Assembly: GCA_965263175.1 (NCBI GenBank)
Contig: OZ253587.1
Coordinates: 607,341-671,340 of the forward strand
Source of the DNA: Chloroflexota bacterium
GTDB lineage: Bacteria > Chloroflexota > UBA11872
Length of the DNA: 64,000 bases
Reading direction: 5' to 3'
The notes beneath the pieces were generated by a model. That model was not told the DNA's origin, ran no database searches, and was given only the letters and a program-made list of their open reading frames with translations. Position numbers and translations under genes: made by a program. Shown here one piece after another: positions 26,096-36,157 of the stretch. Position 1 is the first letter of the stretch; every line of letters begins with the position of its first letter.

Positions 26096-27924
26096 TGACT
26101 CCGGGCCCCAACCACAATATCGGTCGTCAGCCTTCCGTCAGAGACCACGCCCTGCGGCGTCTCGACCGCCAGACGATGTCCGTCGGTTCCCGGCTGTTTC
26201 GGCACGTGCAGTGCGTAGCCGCTCGCGCTCCAGCGCGCCGCCAGATGCGGCGGCAGCCAGTACTCAAACTCCACCCGCCGCCGTCCGCCGCCGGACAAAT
26301 TCAGAAAGCCGCCAAACTCCGTCAGCCCGTCCACCTGGCGTGCCGGCTGCGCGTCCGCCAGGCCCGAAGTCGAGGTCAGCCGGCTTCCACTCGGCACGTA
26401 TACGCGCAGGTAATCCGCAAGCCGCCCGTCAGCGTCGCCCGGCGAATTGCGATTGACATAATCGATCGCCAGCGCCGCGTGTCCGGTCAGAGGGTTCGCG
26501 CGGTAGTGGATCGTCTGTTCGACCGACCGAAAGGGCGCGCCGTGGTCCACCTGGGCGTCCACCACGTACAGGACATCATCCGACGTCGCTGGCAGGCGTC
26601 CGTCCGCGCCCATGCGCTCCGCCAGGCGCTGCAGACCGGCGGGCTGGAACGCGGCCAACAGGTGCTTCTCCGCCACCATCGCCTGGATCGCGCCCAACAC
26701 CGCACGCGGATCGGCCCGCAGGCGCTTGGTTGTCGTCTCCAGCAGGGCGTTGCTGAGCGCGGCATAGAACGGACGCGCGCCGAACCAGGCCCGCCGGTCG
26801 CCGGTGGAGTGCGCGAAGTGCTCCAGCACCGTGTAGGCGTTGGCGCTGGTGACGCGTACGCCGTGCCCCGGCACCTCCACGGGCCCAATGGCGGCCAACA
26901 GAATGCCCAATGCCTGCTGATCGAAGGCCAGCACGCCGTTCACCGGTTCCAGCCCGTTCAGCGCCAGGAACCGCACGATCTGGTCAGCCGACGACCGGAA
27001 GTCGGGATGCCAGTTGGCGTCGCGCAGATTCCAGTCGCGCATGCCCTGGTAGCGGCGGAACGGCGCCGGCGCCGGAACCCGTGGACGTGTCGGGTCCTCC
27101 AGCAGGTAGCTCCGCAGGTAGGTCAGGTCACGCAGCTCGCCATTCGCGACCGTCACGAATGCCACGTTGCCGATGAAGCCGCCGGTGGGCCGTAGCTCGT
27201 CGCTCTTTTGTGCCAGCAGGAGATAGCGCATCGGTTTCGGAGAGCCGAGCGCTTGCGGCGCCAGCAATGCGGCCTGAAGCGCGGTGCGCAAAGTCTCGGT
27301 CGTGTCCCGCAGCGCTGCTTTCTGACGGACGTTCAGCAGATCGCCCGCGGCTTGGGGCATGGCGTCTAGCTGACGGCTGGCCCGCTCGACAGCGGCCAGC
27401 TGCTCGCGAATCGTCTCGCGCTCGGATTCCAGCACGTCGACCAGCGCCGGCAGCGGCCCCTCCAGAGCGTTGGCCTCGCTCGCGACCTGCTCCATCACGC
27501 GCGCCGTCAGACCCAGCGTTTCGGCGGCCGCCGAACTAAGCGTCAGGTGGATTGCCAGCAGCGCCCGCGCACCCTCGATCCGCCGCGCGAGCGGAGGGAC
27601 GGTGGATGCCAACGCGAGTCCGGGTCTGTAACGGTCCAGACGGCCCTCAGCCTTCACAAGCCGCGCACTCGCGGCTGCCAGGGCCTCGCTGTCGGCGCGC
27701 AGTTCGGCAGCGTCGAAGCCACTGCCGAAGACCCGCCCACGAACGTCGCTGATCGAATCGACGGCCGCCCGGGACTCCAGCGTCAGGCGGGCCAGGTCGA
27801 AGGCCGCCAGACCAATCAGCACCAGCGTCGCGGCCACCGCGGCCACCACCGCCACCCGCCGCCGGTGCCTCCGGGCACCGGCGGCGGGTGAGAGGACGGC
27901 CCGTCCGGATCTACGCGGCGCCAC
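26092..27924 (-). CDS. DUF4012 domain protein
   Basis: N-terminal TM helix, long helical region and the family signature LLLAQKSDELRPTGGFIGNVAFVTV. Positioned immediately after a priming sugar transferase, as is common for DUF4012. Confidence 0.7.
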   Translation of the reverse strand: MAPRRSGRAVLSPAAGARRHRRRVAVVAAVAATLVLIGLAAFDLARLTLESRAAVDSISDVRGRVFGSGFDAAELRADSEALAAASARLVKAEGRLDRYRPGLALASTVPPLARRIEGARALLAIHLTLSSAAAETLGLTARVMEQVASEANALEGPLPALVDVLESERETIREQLAAVERASRQLDAMPQAAGDLLNVRQKAALRDTTETLRTALQAALLAPQALGSPKPMRYLLLAQKSDELRPTGGFIGNVAFVTVANGELRDLTYLRSYLLEDPTRPRVPAPAPFRRYQGMRDWNLRDANWHPDFRSSADQIVRFLALNGLEPVNGVLAFDQQALGILLAAIGPVEVPGHGVRVTSANAYTVLEHFAHSTGDRRAWFGARPFYAALSNALLETTTKRLRADPRAVLGAIQAMVAEKHLLAAFQPAGLQRLAERMGADGRLPATSDDVLYVVDAQVDHGAPFRSVEQTIHYRANPLTGHAALAIDYVNRNSPGDADGRLADYLRVYVPSGSRLTSTSGLADAQPARQVDGLTEFGGFLNLSGGGRRRVEFEYWLPPHLAARWSASGYALHVPKQPGTDGHRLAVETPQGVVSDGRLTTDIVVGARSQ

Positions 27925-28519
27925 GGCGTGAGAGGACGGCGGGGATGGTGCGCAGCAGGATCGCGAGGTCGAGCGTGAAGGATTGACGGCGGACGTACAG
28001 CAGGTCCGTCGCCACCAGCCGGCAGAACGAAGCGTGCCCGCGCGAGGTCACCTGCTGGAGGCCGGTAATTCCCGGTCGTACGGCTAGGCGGCGCTTTGCG
28101 CGGGCGTCGTAATGCTCGAATTCGTAGCTCAGGGGCGGACGCGGTCCCACCAGGCTCATGTCGCCCCGCAGCACGCTTACCAGTTGGGGAATCTCGTCCA
28201 AGCTCCAGACGCGCAGCCGGCGTCCCAGGCGGGTTACGCGCTGGTCATTCAGCAACTTGGCCTGGGCGTGCGTCCCTCGGATGTAGCCGGCGGCGAACGC
28301 TTCGTGCGCGGCCGTTGGCGCGTAGGCGCGCATGGTTCGGAACTTGTAGTATCGGAAGGGTTGGCAGCCCCGCCCATGCACCACGGCGCTGTAGAGCACC
28401 GGCCCGGGCGAATCCAGCTTGATCAGGCCGGCAATCAGCAGCCAGAGCGGCAGGCCGCCGACTAGCAGGAACATCGCGAGCGCAATGTCCAGCGCGCGCT
28501 TGGCGTTTTCGTAGGTCAC
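27911..28519 (-). CDS. polyprenyl-phosphate sugar phosphotransferase (bacterial sugar transferase family)
   Basis: KRALDIALAMFLLVGGLPLWLLIAGLIKLDSPGPVLYS...YKFRTM...DEIPQLVSVLRGDMSLVGPRP, the canonical PF02397-type motifs. Confidence 0.85.
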   Translation of the reverse strand: MTYENAKRALDIALAMFLLVGGLPLWLLIAGLIKLDSPGPVLYSAVVHGRGCQPFRYYKFRTMRAYAPTAAHEAFAAGYIRGTHAQAKLLNDQRVTRLGRRLRVWSLDEIPQLVSVLRGDMSLVGPRPPLSYEFEHYDARAKRRLAVRPGITGLQQVTSRGHASFCRLVATDLLYVRRQSFTLDLAILLRTIPAVLSRRGAA

Positions 28520-28639
28520 TCACAGGCGGCCCGCGGCCGCCGTGGTAATCCACCGCGCGCCGCGTGGGGTGCTGGCTCGGCCGCCCGAACATCCGCGGTC
28601 GGATGTTGCTCTGAACCGGTCGGGCCCGCGGCCAGTGTG

Positions 28640-29818
28640 TCACATTCGCGGGCGGCGAGGGTCGATGGTTCGACTTAGGGGTTCCAGCGGCGCCTTCGGG
28701 CGTGCCGGTGACCAGGCATCAATCGGCCGTCGCGCGATGAATCGCGCCAGGCCGGCGAGCGCCGCCAGGTTGGCCAGCAGCATGTAGCGCGCCAGTTCCC
28801 ATGCGCGGAGGTGTCGGCCGCGGGTTCGGGACGCCAGCAGCACCGCGGCGAGGCCGAGAGCCGCCACTGCCGCCCATGTCCGGGGAGGCGCGCGTCGCCC
28901 TGCTACAGCCAGCGCGAGAGCCCCGGCCGTCATGACCGGCGGCGTCGCAATGCGCAACAGCTTGTGGCCGGCCAGCTTCCACCAGAGGTCACGGCGCCAA
29001 GGTCGGAACAATCCGGGCAGGCTGGCCAGTGCAAACAGTGCGCCGGAAACCGTGCGTGTTCGGGCCGCGACCGTGCCCGCCACATCAAGTGTTGGCATTT
29101 CAATTGACCGTGCGTCCGGCGCGAAGACGATTCGCCCCGCCGTTTGCGCCGCTCGGAGGGAGATCAGCAAGTCGTCCGCCGCGCCGGCACAGGCCGAGGC
29201 GTCTACTGCCGTTGCGCGGACGGCGTAGAGCGCGCCGTCGGCGCCGGGAATCGAACCGCTGGCGCCTTCCCGCGCCCGAATCCAGCGCTCGTAGCGCCAA
29301 TAGGCGGCTTCGGGGCCGTCGCACACTTGCTTTGCGCCGGAAACCACCGCAACGGTGGAATCGGCGAACGGGGCAACGAGGTGGCTCAGCGCGTCCTGTT
29401 CGAGCATGGCGTTGGCGTCCGTGAGCGCGATGATCTCGCCGCGGGCGTGTGGAACGGCGGCGCGAACGGCGGCCAGCTTGCCCCGCTGTCGCGGTAGTTC
29501 AATGACCTGGAGGCGGTTGTTGCCTGCCCGGCGGGCTTCCCCGGCCGTACCGTCGTCGCAGCCGTCGCACGCAACGATGCAATCGATGCGGTCGGGCGAG
29601 TAGTCCAGGCCCAGGATGTTGCGGACTTTCGCGCCGATCAGCGCCGCCTCGTTGTGGGCGGCGATCACGAACGTTACGGGTGGCCGATACGTTGGGTCGG
29701 TGACAAAGGGCCGAGGTCGCAGGATCGACGCAGCCCAGACGAGCGCCGGATAGCCGACGTAGGTGGCGAGGGGAAAACCGATCAGCGCTCCCAGGCCAAG
29801 CCGGCGGCGGACCTTCAC
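28640..29818 (-). CDS. family 2 glycosyltransferase with C-terminal membrane region
   Basis: VTFVIAAHNEAALI...IVACDGCDDGT...ALTDANAML. GTG at 29818 overlaps the upstream stop (GTGA). The 549-aa ORF extension upstream is Arg/Pro-rich and lies inside the neighbouring gene. Confidence 0.8.
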   Translation of the reverse strand: MKVRRRLGLGALIGFPLATYVGYPALVWAASILRPRPFVTDPTYRPPVTFVIAAHNEAALIGAKVRNILGLDYSPDRIDCIVACDGCDDGTAGEARRAGNNRLQVIELPRQRGKLAAVRAAVPHARGEIIALTDANAMLEQDALSHLVAPFADSTVAVVSGAKQVCDGPEAAYWRYERWIRAREGASGSIPGADGALYAVRATAVDASACAGAADDLLISLRAAQTAGRIVFAPDARSIEMPTLDVAGTVAARTRTVSGALFALASLPGLFRPWRRDLWWKLAGHKLLRIATPPVMTAGALALAVAGRRAPPRTWAAVAALGLAAVLLASRTRGRHLRAWELARYMLLANLAALAGLARFIARRPIDAWSPARPKAPLEPLSRTIDPRRPRM

Positions 29819-30933
29819 GCCGGATCCTGGTGTTGGCGGGCCAGACGGCCGCAGGCCAGCGCCAGGCCCAGGACCATCCAGAAGAACAATCCGCCGCGTG
29901 CTCCGGGCGCAATGGTGTCTGTGAGTCCGTACACGAAGAAGGCGGCCAGCGAGCCTCCCAGACCCGCCGCGAGCAGTTGCAGCGAGGGGTCGTCCGATCG
30001 CCGCACCACCGTGATCAGACCACGTACGGCGACCGCGATGAGAGTGATCAGCAAGACGGCCCCCGGCAGTCCCAAGTCCAGCAGGGTCTGGAGCGTGAGG
30101 TTGTGGGCATGGGGGATGTGCGGGGCGAGCGATGTCGCCAGCTCGGGAAAGGCCGCGTCCAGCGCCAGCGGAAACTGGCCCGGTCCAACCCCGGTGTACA
30201 GGTGATCGCCGATGAGGAGGATGCTGGCAGTCCAAATGCCGAGGCGACCGGTTAGCGTGTCGGTTGTGGAGTCCAGCGGCGTTAGCCACGTGACCGCAAC
30301 GGCTGCGACGAGCGCTGCCATGACGAAGCTAAGGGCTGTACCGAGCGCGATGCGGCGGACGCGGACTCTGCGCGTCCACGCGCGGCGGCTCAGCCACCAC
30401 CAGCCAACCAGGGTCAGGCCGACGACTGATCCCACGTAGGCGCTGCGCGACTGGGTCAGCACGATTAAGGCAACCGCCAGCGCCAGCACGGCGGCGGCCA
30501 GTCGGCGGATGTTTGGGCTGCTTCCGGTCCTGTCCAACGTCAGGGCCAGTCCCAGCGGCGTGAGCAGGGCCAGCACGCCGCCTATCTCGTTGGGACCGAT
30601 CCCGCCTATCCGGCCGCCGTGATCCACCACGCGCGGGCCTTTCGGCAGCAGGGCGTAGAGGCTGTCCAGCGGCAGGAGCTTGCGCTGCGGCCACTCGGTC
30701 AGGAACAGCGCGGCGAGCACGATCAGGCCCGTCATACCGATGGCCAGGCCCGTCCAAAAAACGCGGATCCTGGAGATGGAAGGGGCGTCGACGCTGATTG
30801 CGTACACCAAGGCCAGCCCCAGCAGCACGCCGAACAGCTTTGGGGCCGCGGTCTGCCAATCCCTGACCGCCAGGGCGGTCACTCCGGTCCAGAGTGCGCA
30901 GGCCGCCAGCAGACCGTCCGTGACTCGCGGCAC
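29815..30933 (-). CDS. O-antigen ligase/polymerase-like (Wzy_C) membrane protein; start uncertain
   Basis: Multi-helix membrane protein with LTQSRSAYVGSVVGLTLVGWWWL loop region. The first in-frame canonical start below the upstream gene is GTG 30933. The hydrophobic frame is open up to 31130 without ATG/GTG/TTG, so the true N-terminus may lie further upstream. Confidence 0.6.
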   Translation of the reverse strand: MPRVTDGLLAACALWTGVTALAVRDWQTAAPKLFGVLLGLALVYAISVDAPSISRIRVFWTGLAIGMTGLIVLAALFLTEWPQRKLLPLDSLYALLPKGPRVVDHGGRIGGIGPNEIGGVLALLTPLGLALTLDRTGSSPNIRRLAAAVLALAVALIVLTQSRSAYVGSVVGLTLVGWWWLSRRAWTRRVRVRRIALGTALSFVMAALVAAVAVTWLTPLDSTTDTLTGRLGIWTASILLIGDHLYTGVGPGQFPLALDAAFPELATSLAPHIPHAHNLTLQTLLDLGLPGAVLLITLIAVAVRGLITVVRRSDDPSLQLLAAGLGGSLAAFFVYGLTDTIAPGARGGLFFWMVLGLALACGRLARQHQDPA

Positions 30934-31130
30934 AACGGGCAGCCGGCAGGCGCGCCGCGCGAGCAGAGTCAGCGGAACAAGGGCGAGGGCGATGCCTCCG
31001 GGCGGTCCGCCAAACCAGATCGCCGGCGCCGCGCCTAGCAGCGCCAGCGGTCCGCCAATCTGAACGTATGACGCCAGCCGCCCCCCACTGGTCTGGCTGG
31101 CGTCCTGGCGCCTACGTACGCGGCGCGCGG

Positions 31131-32183
31131 TTACCGCTCCGTCAGCAGGTGCGGTAGCCGGGCGAAAACTTTGTCTCGGCGGTGGGTGCAGACGTACCAG
31201 TCGATCGTGGAGCGCAGCCCGTCCGCGAAGCGCACGCGGGGGCTCCAGCCCAGAAGCTCTTCCGCAAGCGACGGGTCCGCAACTCGATTCATTGGGCCTG
31301 TGGGCATGTCGTGGCGCAGGCGGATCTCTGGCCTGTGCCCGATGTAATTCAGCACCTGCCGTACGGCGTCCATCACGCGAATCCGTTCGCGCGTGCCCAG
31401 GTTGACCGCGCGGGCATCGTCGATGCGCGCGGCCGCCCGCAAGGTTCCGTCCACGATGTCGCTGACGAAGGTCCAGTTGCGTACCTGCCGGCCCGAGCCC
31501 CAGACCTCGAACGGGTCCTGCCGGATGAAGGCGCGCGCGATCATGGCCATGACGGCGTGGTTCTCGTGGCCGCGCGGGCCGTAGACGGTGAAGTAGCGGC
31601 AACTCACCGACTTGAGGCCGTAGTCCCGGTGGTAGGCGCGCAGACTCAGCTCGCCCATCAGCTTGGCCCAGCCGTACATGTTGTCGGCCTCGTAGGGCGG
31701 GCCGACCTGGTCCTCGCTGAGGTACAGCCGTTCGGCTGCGTCCGTCTGCAGGTAGTTCGGATACACGCAGCCGGACGAGGCATAGACGACCTTCTCGACG
31801 CCGGCCAGATGGCATGCCCGGAAGAGGGCGCCGTCCAAGAGGAGGTTCGTTGCGCAGGCCGCCTGGTGGAGATCGACGTAGCCGCGCCCTCCGTGGTTGG
31901 CGGCCAGGTGGAAGACGGTGTGGATGCCGGCAACCGTTTGCGCAGGAACTTCCGGGTCCAGCAGGTCCGCCTGTACGAGCTCGACGGCGCCGGCGTCGAC
32001 GTGGCGCTGGATGTTTGCCAGCTTCCCGCTGCTCAGGTCGTCCACGACACGGACCCGGGCACCGGCCGCGACCAGAGCGTCCACCAGGTGTGAGCCGATG
32101 AACGACGCGCCGCCGGTGACCAGGACCGGCCGGCGGGCAAAGGCCTTAGCTACGTCTTCCGGTAGGTGACGAAGGTTGTTCAC
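31131..32183 (-). CDS. NAD-dependent nucleotide-sugar epimerase/dehydratase (extended SDR)
   Basis: VLVTGGASFIGSHLV (GxxGxxG) and YGWAK (YxxxK). The GTG start overlaps the GT4 stop (GTGA). Confidence 0.85.
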   Translation of the reverse strand: MNNLRHLPEDVAKAFARRPVLVTGGASFIGSHLVDALVAAGARVRVVDDLSSGKLANIQRHVDAGAVELVQADLLDPEVPAQTVAGIHTVFHLAANHGGRGYVDLHQAACATNLLLDGALFRACHLAGVEKVVYASSGCVYPNYLQTDAAERLYLSEDQVGPPYEADNMYGWAKLMGELSLRAYHRDYGLKSVSCRYFTVYGPRGHENHAVMAMIARAFIRQDPFEVWGSGRQVRNWTFVSDIVDGTLRAAARIDDARAVNLGTRERIRVMDAVRQVLNYIGHRPEIRLRHDMPTGPMNRVADPSLAEELLGWSPRVRFADGLRSTIDWYVCTHRRDKVFARLPHLLTER

Positions 32184-33421
32184 GACCCACTCCGTTGCCG
32201 GCTGGCCCGGTGGGCAAGCGAATCGAGGATGGCGGCCTGGCGGGCAACGACGGTGGGTCGGTCGAATTCGCGCGCGGCGAACGAGCGCCCGGCAGCGCCG
32301 AGTTCGCGCCGCCGGGCTGGGTCAGCCAGCAGTTCCGACACGGCGCCACGCAAGGCATCGGGTGCTTCGGGTTGAACGACCAGGCCGCAGCCGGCCTTGC
32401 GGATCAGCCGGGCGGCCTCGCTCCTGGTGTGCACGGACGCTACGACCGCAAGGCCGGCGGACATGTAGGTGACGAGCTTTGAAGGGATGACTGCCTCGAT
32501 CACCTGTCGTCGTTGCGTCAACAGCGCCAGGTCGGAAGCGGCCAGAACGTCGGCCAGTTGTCGACGTGGAAGAAACGGCAGAAAGCGCATGCGTCCGGCT
32601 GGCGCGGCGCGCTCGACGAATTTCCGTTCGGGGCCGTCGCCCACAAACAGCCAGCACGCGCCGGTCAGATCCCCGTCCGCCGCCTGAACGGCGACCTGCA
32701 ACCTTTGCTTCCGGCCGATGCTGCCGATGTGGGTGATCAGGGGGCGATCCGGGTCGAGGCCGTGGCGCTGCCGTGCCTCCTGGCGTCCGGTCGTCGGCGT
32801 CAGACCAGCCAGGTCTTCGGAGTCGCGAACGATGTGCAGCTTGCGTTCGCTCAGTCCGTGGCGGGTGAGTTCCTCGGCGAAGCCCTCGGTGAGCACCAGG
32901 AGCGCGTCGGCTCGCTTGTAGGTCGCGTACTCGACGGTGCGTAGCAGCCTGACCAGCGTTGGGCTTCGAAGCATCCCCACGGCAGTCGCGGCGTTGACGG
33001 CCAGGTCAGCGACTTTCGCGACCCAGGGCCGGCGCCTGATGCGTGCTACCAAGGCAGTGGCCAGGGCTGCGGCGGGTTGGGCGCCGACGTAGAGGTACAC
33101 GTCGGCGCGTGGAAGCCAGAGGGCTGTCAGGGCGGCGGCCGAGGCAAACGACGCGTCGTAGAGCAGGCGGTGGACGAGTGCGCCGGGACGCGTCGGGATG
33201 TAGGACGGCAGGCGAAGGACCCGCACGCCTACGAGCGTTTCGCGAATGAATTTTTGTCCGCGGTAGCCGCAAGAAACTCGCCAGGCTGGGTAGTGGGGCC
33301 TTGCAGTCAGCATGAGTACGTCGTCGCCGCGGGCGGCGAGATGGCGGCAGAGCGCGGCGGTTTGGGGCGCGATGCCGGCCACCTCGGGCGGGTAGTTGAT
33401 GCCGACCACGACGACACGCAT
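32180..33421 (-). CDS. family 4 glycosyltransferase (WcaI-like)
   Basis: MRVVVVGINYPPEVAGIAPQTAAL N-terminus is typical of WcaI-type GT4 enzymes. 413 aa. Confidence 0.75.
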   Translation of the reverse strand: MRVVVVGINYPPEVAGIAPQTAALCRHLAARGDDVLMLTARPHYPAWRVSCGYRGQKFIRETLVGVRVLRLPSYIPTRPGALVHRLLYDASFASAAALTALWLPRADVYLYVGAQPAAALATALVARIRRRPWVAKVADLAVNAATAVGMLRSPTLVRLLRTVEYATYKRADALLVLTEGFAEELTRHGLSERKLHIVRDSEDLAGLTPTTGRQEARQRHGLDPDRPLITHIGSIGRKQRLQVAVQAADGDLTGACWLFVGDGPERKFVERAAPAGRMRFLPFLPRRQLADVLAASDLALLTQRRQVIEAVIPSKLVTYMSAGLAVVASVHTRSEAARLIRKAGCGLVVQPEAPDALRGAVSELLADPARRRELGAAGRSFAAREFDRPTVVARQAAILDSLAHRASRQRSGS

Positions 33422-33432
33422 GCGCGCCGCGG

Positions 33433-34191
33433 CTAGCGCCGCGCCACGACCTTCAGCGAGTTGCCCCAGCGGCCGACCGCGAGGTTCAGCAGCCGGTGGA
33501 TCAGGACAAATGCCGCAAACACACGGGAGTGGTTCGCCAGCCGGTAGATTCCGAAAATCCAGCGCTGGTAGTAGACGAGATCACGAGTCGATCGAACATG
33601 CCGCCAGCCGCGTGCCCGAATGCGCGCTCGACAGCACGCGGCGCTGAGCCGTCGCACGACATTGCCGGCTGGCTCCACCTCTGCGGCGAGACCGAGCGCC
33701 ACGGCGAGCCGAGTCAGGGTCGCGTGGGCGGGTTCCATCACCACGAGTTCGTGGCGCGCCACGCGGGCCATCTCGCCCAGGGCGCGGTAGGGGGCATCAA
33801 GGTGGTGTAGCCCGTCGTGGACGAGCGCCATGCCGAAGCACCGGTCGCTGAAGGGGAGACGGGCCGCGTCGCCGCGAACGAGCTTGATCTCGAAGCCATG
33901 CCGCGCGGCGCGAATCCGGGCCCGGGTCAGCGCGTCAGGCGATAGGTCGAGGATCGTTGGGCGGATGCCGAGGTGGGCGAGCCACTCGGCGTCCATGCCG
34001 GACCCGCCGCAGACGCAGAGGGCGTCGGTCGACGTTAGCGGCCCCAGCAGGGCCAGCGCCCGACGCAGCTTTTCCTCGAGCAGGAAGCGCACGGGCCGTG
34101 GATAGTGGCGGGGCCGCTCGATTTCTTCTTCGGCGTCGAGCGACGCATAGAATTCGACCTGCCGTGCGCGCGATTGCAATGCGGCCTCCAT
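33433..34191 (-). CDS. class I SAM-dependent methyltransferase
   Basis: Motif I LCVCGGSGMDAEWLAHLG and post-I ILDLSPDAL. It is the first gene of the long minus-strand glycan string. Confidence 0.7.
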   Translation of the reverse strand: MEAALQSRARQVEFYASLDAEEEIERPRHYPRPVRFLLEEKLRRALALLGPLTSTDALCVCGGSGMDAEWLAHLGIRPTILDLSPDALTRARIRAARHGFEIKLVRGDAARLPFSDRCFGMALVHDGLHHLDAPYRALGEMARVARHELVVMEPAHATLTRLAVALGLAAEVEPAGNVVRRLSAACCRARIRARGWRHVRSTRDLVYYQRWIFGIYRLANHSRVFAAFVLIHRLLNLAVGRWGNSLKVVARR

Positions 34192-34279
34192 GGCACCCTG
34201 TTGGCCGCTGCAATTCCTGGCGCCCCACCCTGGCAGCCGTGCGCGGCTGTCACGTGAACATCTTACGAAGGCGGCCAGC

Positions 34280-36157
34280 GTGTGCGGAATCGCCGGGGCG
34301 TGGATATGGGGCGAAGGCGGGTCGGCGCGCGCAGGAGTAACGGCCGCGACCGACGCGATGGCGCACCGGGGGCCTGATGGCGGCGCCGTGCTGGACTTGT
34401 CGGCGCCGTACGGATCGCTAGCGTTTGGCGCGCGTCGCCTGGCCGTCCAGGACCTGACTCCGAGTGGCGCTCAGCCGATGCGGAACCCGCAAACCGGCAG
34501 CGTCATCGTCTTCAACGGTGAGGTCTACAACTTTCGTGAGCTACGCCGGCAACTCACCGCACGCGGCCACGTGTTCCGGTCCGAGACCGACACGGAGGCT
34601 GTGCTCCACGCCTACGACGAATGGGGCATGGACTGCCTGAAGCGCTTCGTGGGGATGTTCGCCTTCGCAGTCTGGGATGCGCGCGCGGGCCGGCTGGTGC
34701 TGGCGCGCGATCGGCTCGGCGTCAAGCCGCTGTACGTGGCCGTGACCGACAAGCTCGTGGCGTTCGCCTCGGAGGTTCGGGCCCTGCTGGCGGGCGGCTT
34801 CGTGGAAGCGAGGCTCTCACCCGCTGGTCTTGCCGGCTATCTGTCGTTGGGCGCGGCGCGTGAGCCGGGGACGCTCATCGAGGGCATCAAAGCTCTGCCA
34901 CCGGGCACGGCTTGCGAATTCAATGGGCGAGCATCGCGCGCTCATCGCTACTGGGACCTGCGGGAGCAGGTTGCCCGCCGATCCGATGTGGGCTGGGGGA
35001 GGACGCGGGCGGCACAGGAAGTTCGCGAGCGTTTGGGACAGGCCGTGCGGCGGCGGCTGGTCAGCGACGCGCCGCTGGGCGTGTTGCTCAGCGGCGGGAT
35101 CGACTCGGCGACGGTAACGGCGCTGGCAACGCGCGAGTCGAGCCGACCGATTCGGACCGTCTCGGCGGTATTCGACGAGCCAGCGCTCTCCGAGCGGGAC
35201 GCGATGCGGGCGACATCGGCGCATTGCGGAACCGAGCACGTAGAAACGACCCTCCGTCCCGATGAAGCGCGGGCCAGCCTCGATCCGTTTTTCGCGGCGA
35301 TGGACCAGCCGACGTTCGACGGTCTCAATACGTTCCTGGTGGCGCGAGCCGCGCGCGCTGCTGGCCTCACTGTCGTGCTTTCCGGTACCGGCGGCGACGA
35401 GCTCTTTGGCGGCTATCCCTCGTTCAGGTTTGCGCCGGTCCTGCGGCGTCTGCGTCACGTGTTGCCGGTACCGGCCGGACGCGTCGCGGGAGCCACGCTG
35501 CGCCGTTTGCCTTCAGCATCACTGCGCAGGCGGCGGCTGGCTAGCTGGCTGGCCCGTTCCGATCCGGAGTTGCCGGCCGAGTACGCAACCCGTCAGCTAT
35601 TTGGCCGGGCGGATATTCGGGCGTTGACATCGACGGCGGCCGAGCCCTTTGATTCGGCACCCTCTGAAGCTAGCGCGTTCAACCGGGTGGCGTTTGCCGA
35701 AATGGACGTCTATTTGCGCAACGTGCTGCTGCGCGACGCCGACGTGATGGGGATGGCGCACGGGCTGGAGATTCGCGAGCCGCTGCTGGATCACGAACTG
35801 GTGGAGACCGTGCTGGCGCTGGGGGATGACGTGAAGTCTCGCGGACCGGGGCCCAAGCCGCTGCTGGCGGCGGCGGTGGGGCGCGAGCTTCCGCCGCACA
35901 CGCTGCGTCGCAAGAAACAGGGTTTCAGCCTGCCGCTGGACCGGTGGATGCGGGGTGCCCTGCGCCCCGAGGTCGAGTCGGTGCTGTGCGACCCGTCGGT
36001 GGGTGGACCGGTTGGCGAGGCGCTGGACCCCGAGGCCGTTAGGTCGGTCTGGTGTGGATTCCTGGCCGGGCGGCGGCACTGGACCGAGGCGTGGGCGCTT
36101 TACGTGGTCAAACGCTGGGGCGAAGGTCTACGGGTTCGTTCAGGTCTATGCGTGTAG
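34280..36157 (+). CDS. asnB: asparagine synthase (glutamine-hydrolysing) family amidotransferase
   Basis: GTG 34280 places the nucleophile Cys at position 2 (VCGIAGAW). PP-loop LLSGGIDSATV. 625 aa. The ORF is open from 34190. Confidence 0.85.
   Translation: MCGIAGAWIWGEGGSARAGVTAATDAMAHRGPDGGAVLDLSAPYGSLAFGARRLAVQDLTPSGAQPMRNPQTGSVIVFNGEVYNFRELRRQLTARGHVFRSETDTEAVLHAYDEWGMDCLKRFVGMFAFAVWDARAGRLVLARDRLGVKPLYVAVTDKLVAFASEVRALLAGGFVEARLSPAGLAGYLSLGAAREPGTLIEGIKALPPGTACEFNGRASRAHRYWDLREQVARRSDVGWGRTRAAQEVRERLGQAVRRRLVSDAPLGVLLSGGIDSATVTALATRESSRPIRTVSAVFDEPALSERDAMRATSAHCGTEHVETTLRPDEARASLDPFFAAMDQPTFDGLNTFLVARAARAAGLTVVLSGTGGDELFGGYPSFRFAPVLRRLRHVLPVPAGRVAGATLRRLPSASLRRRRLASWLARSDPELPAEYATRQLFGRADIRALTSTAAEPFDSAPSEASAFNRVAFAEMDVYLRNVLLRDADVMGMAHGLEIREPLLDHELVETVLALGDDVKSRGPGPKPLLAAAVGRELPPHTLRRKKQGFSLPLDRWMRGALRPEVESVLCDPSVGGPVGEALDPEAVRSVWCGFLAGRRHWTEAWALYVVKRWGEGLRVRSGLCV

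Noticed and set aside
25317-26117. Alternative-frame 266-aa minus-strand ORF overlapping the lipoprotein gene
   Set aside because: Extremely Arg-rich, with no signal peptide. The 25286-26095 frame has a lipoprotein-like signal and GTGA coupling to the upstream gene.
25798-27195. 465-aa plus-strand ORF
   Set aside because: It is antisense to the DUF4012 gene. No motifs, and Arg-rich.
29819-30289. N-terminal extension of the GT2 ORF (549-aa version)
   Set aside because: The extension is Arg/Pro/Gly-rich and lies inside the Wzy_C-like gene. The GT2 fold starts just after GTG 29818, which is coupled to the upstream stop.
31131-31815. N-terminal extension of the Wzy_C-like ORF (666-aa version)
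   Set aside because: It overlaps the epimerase gene throughout, in another frame, with nonsense Arg/Pro-rich composition.
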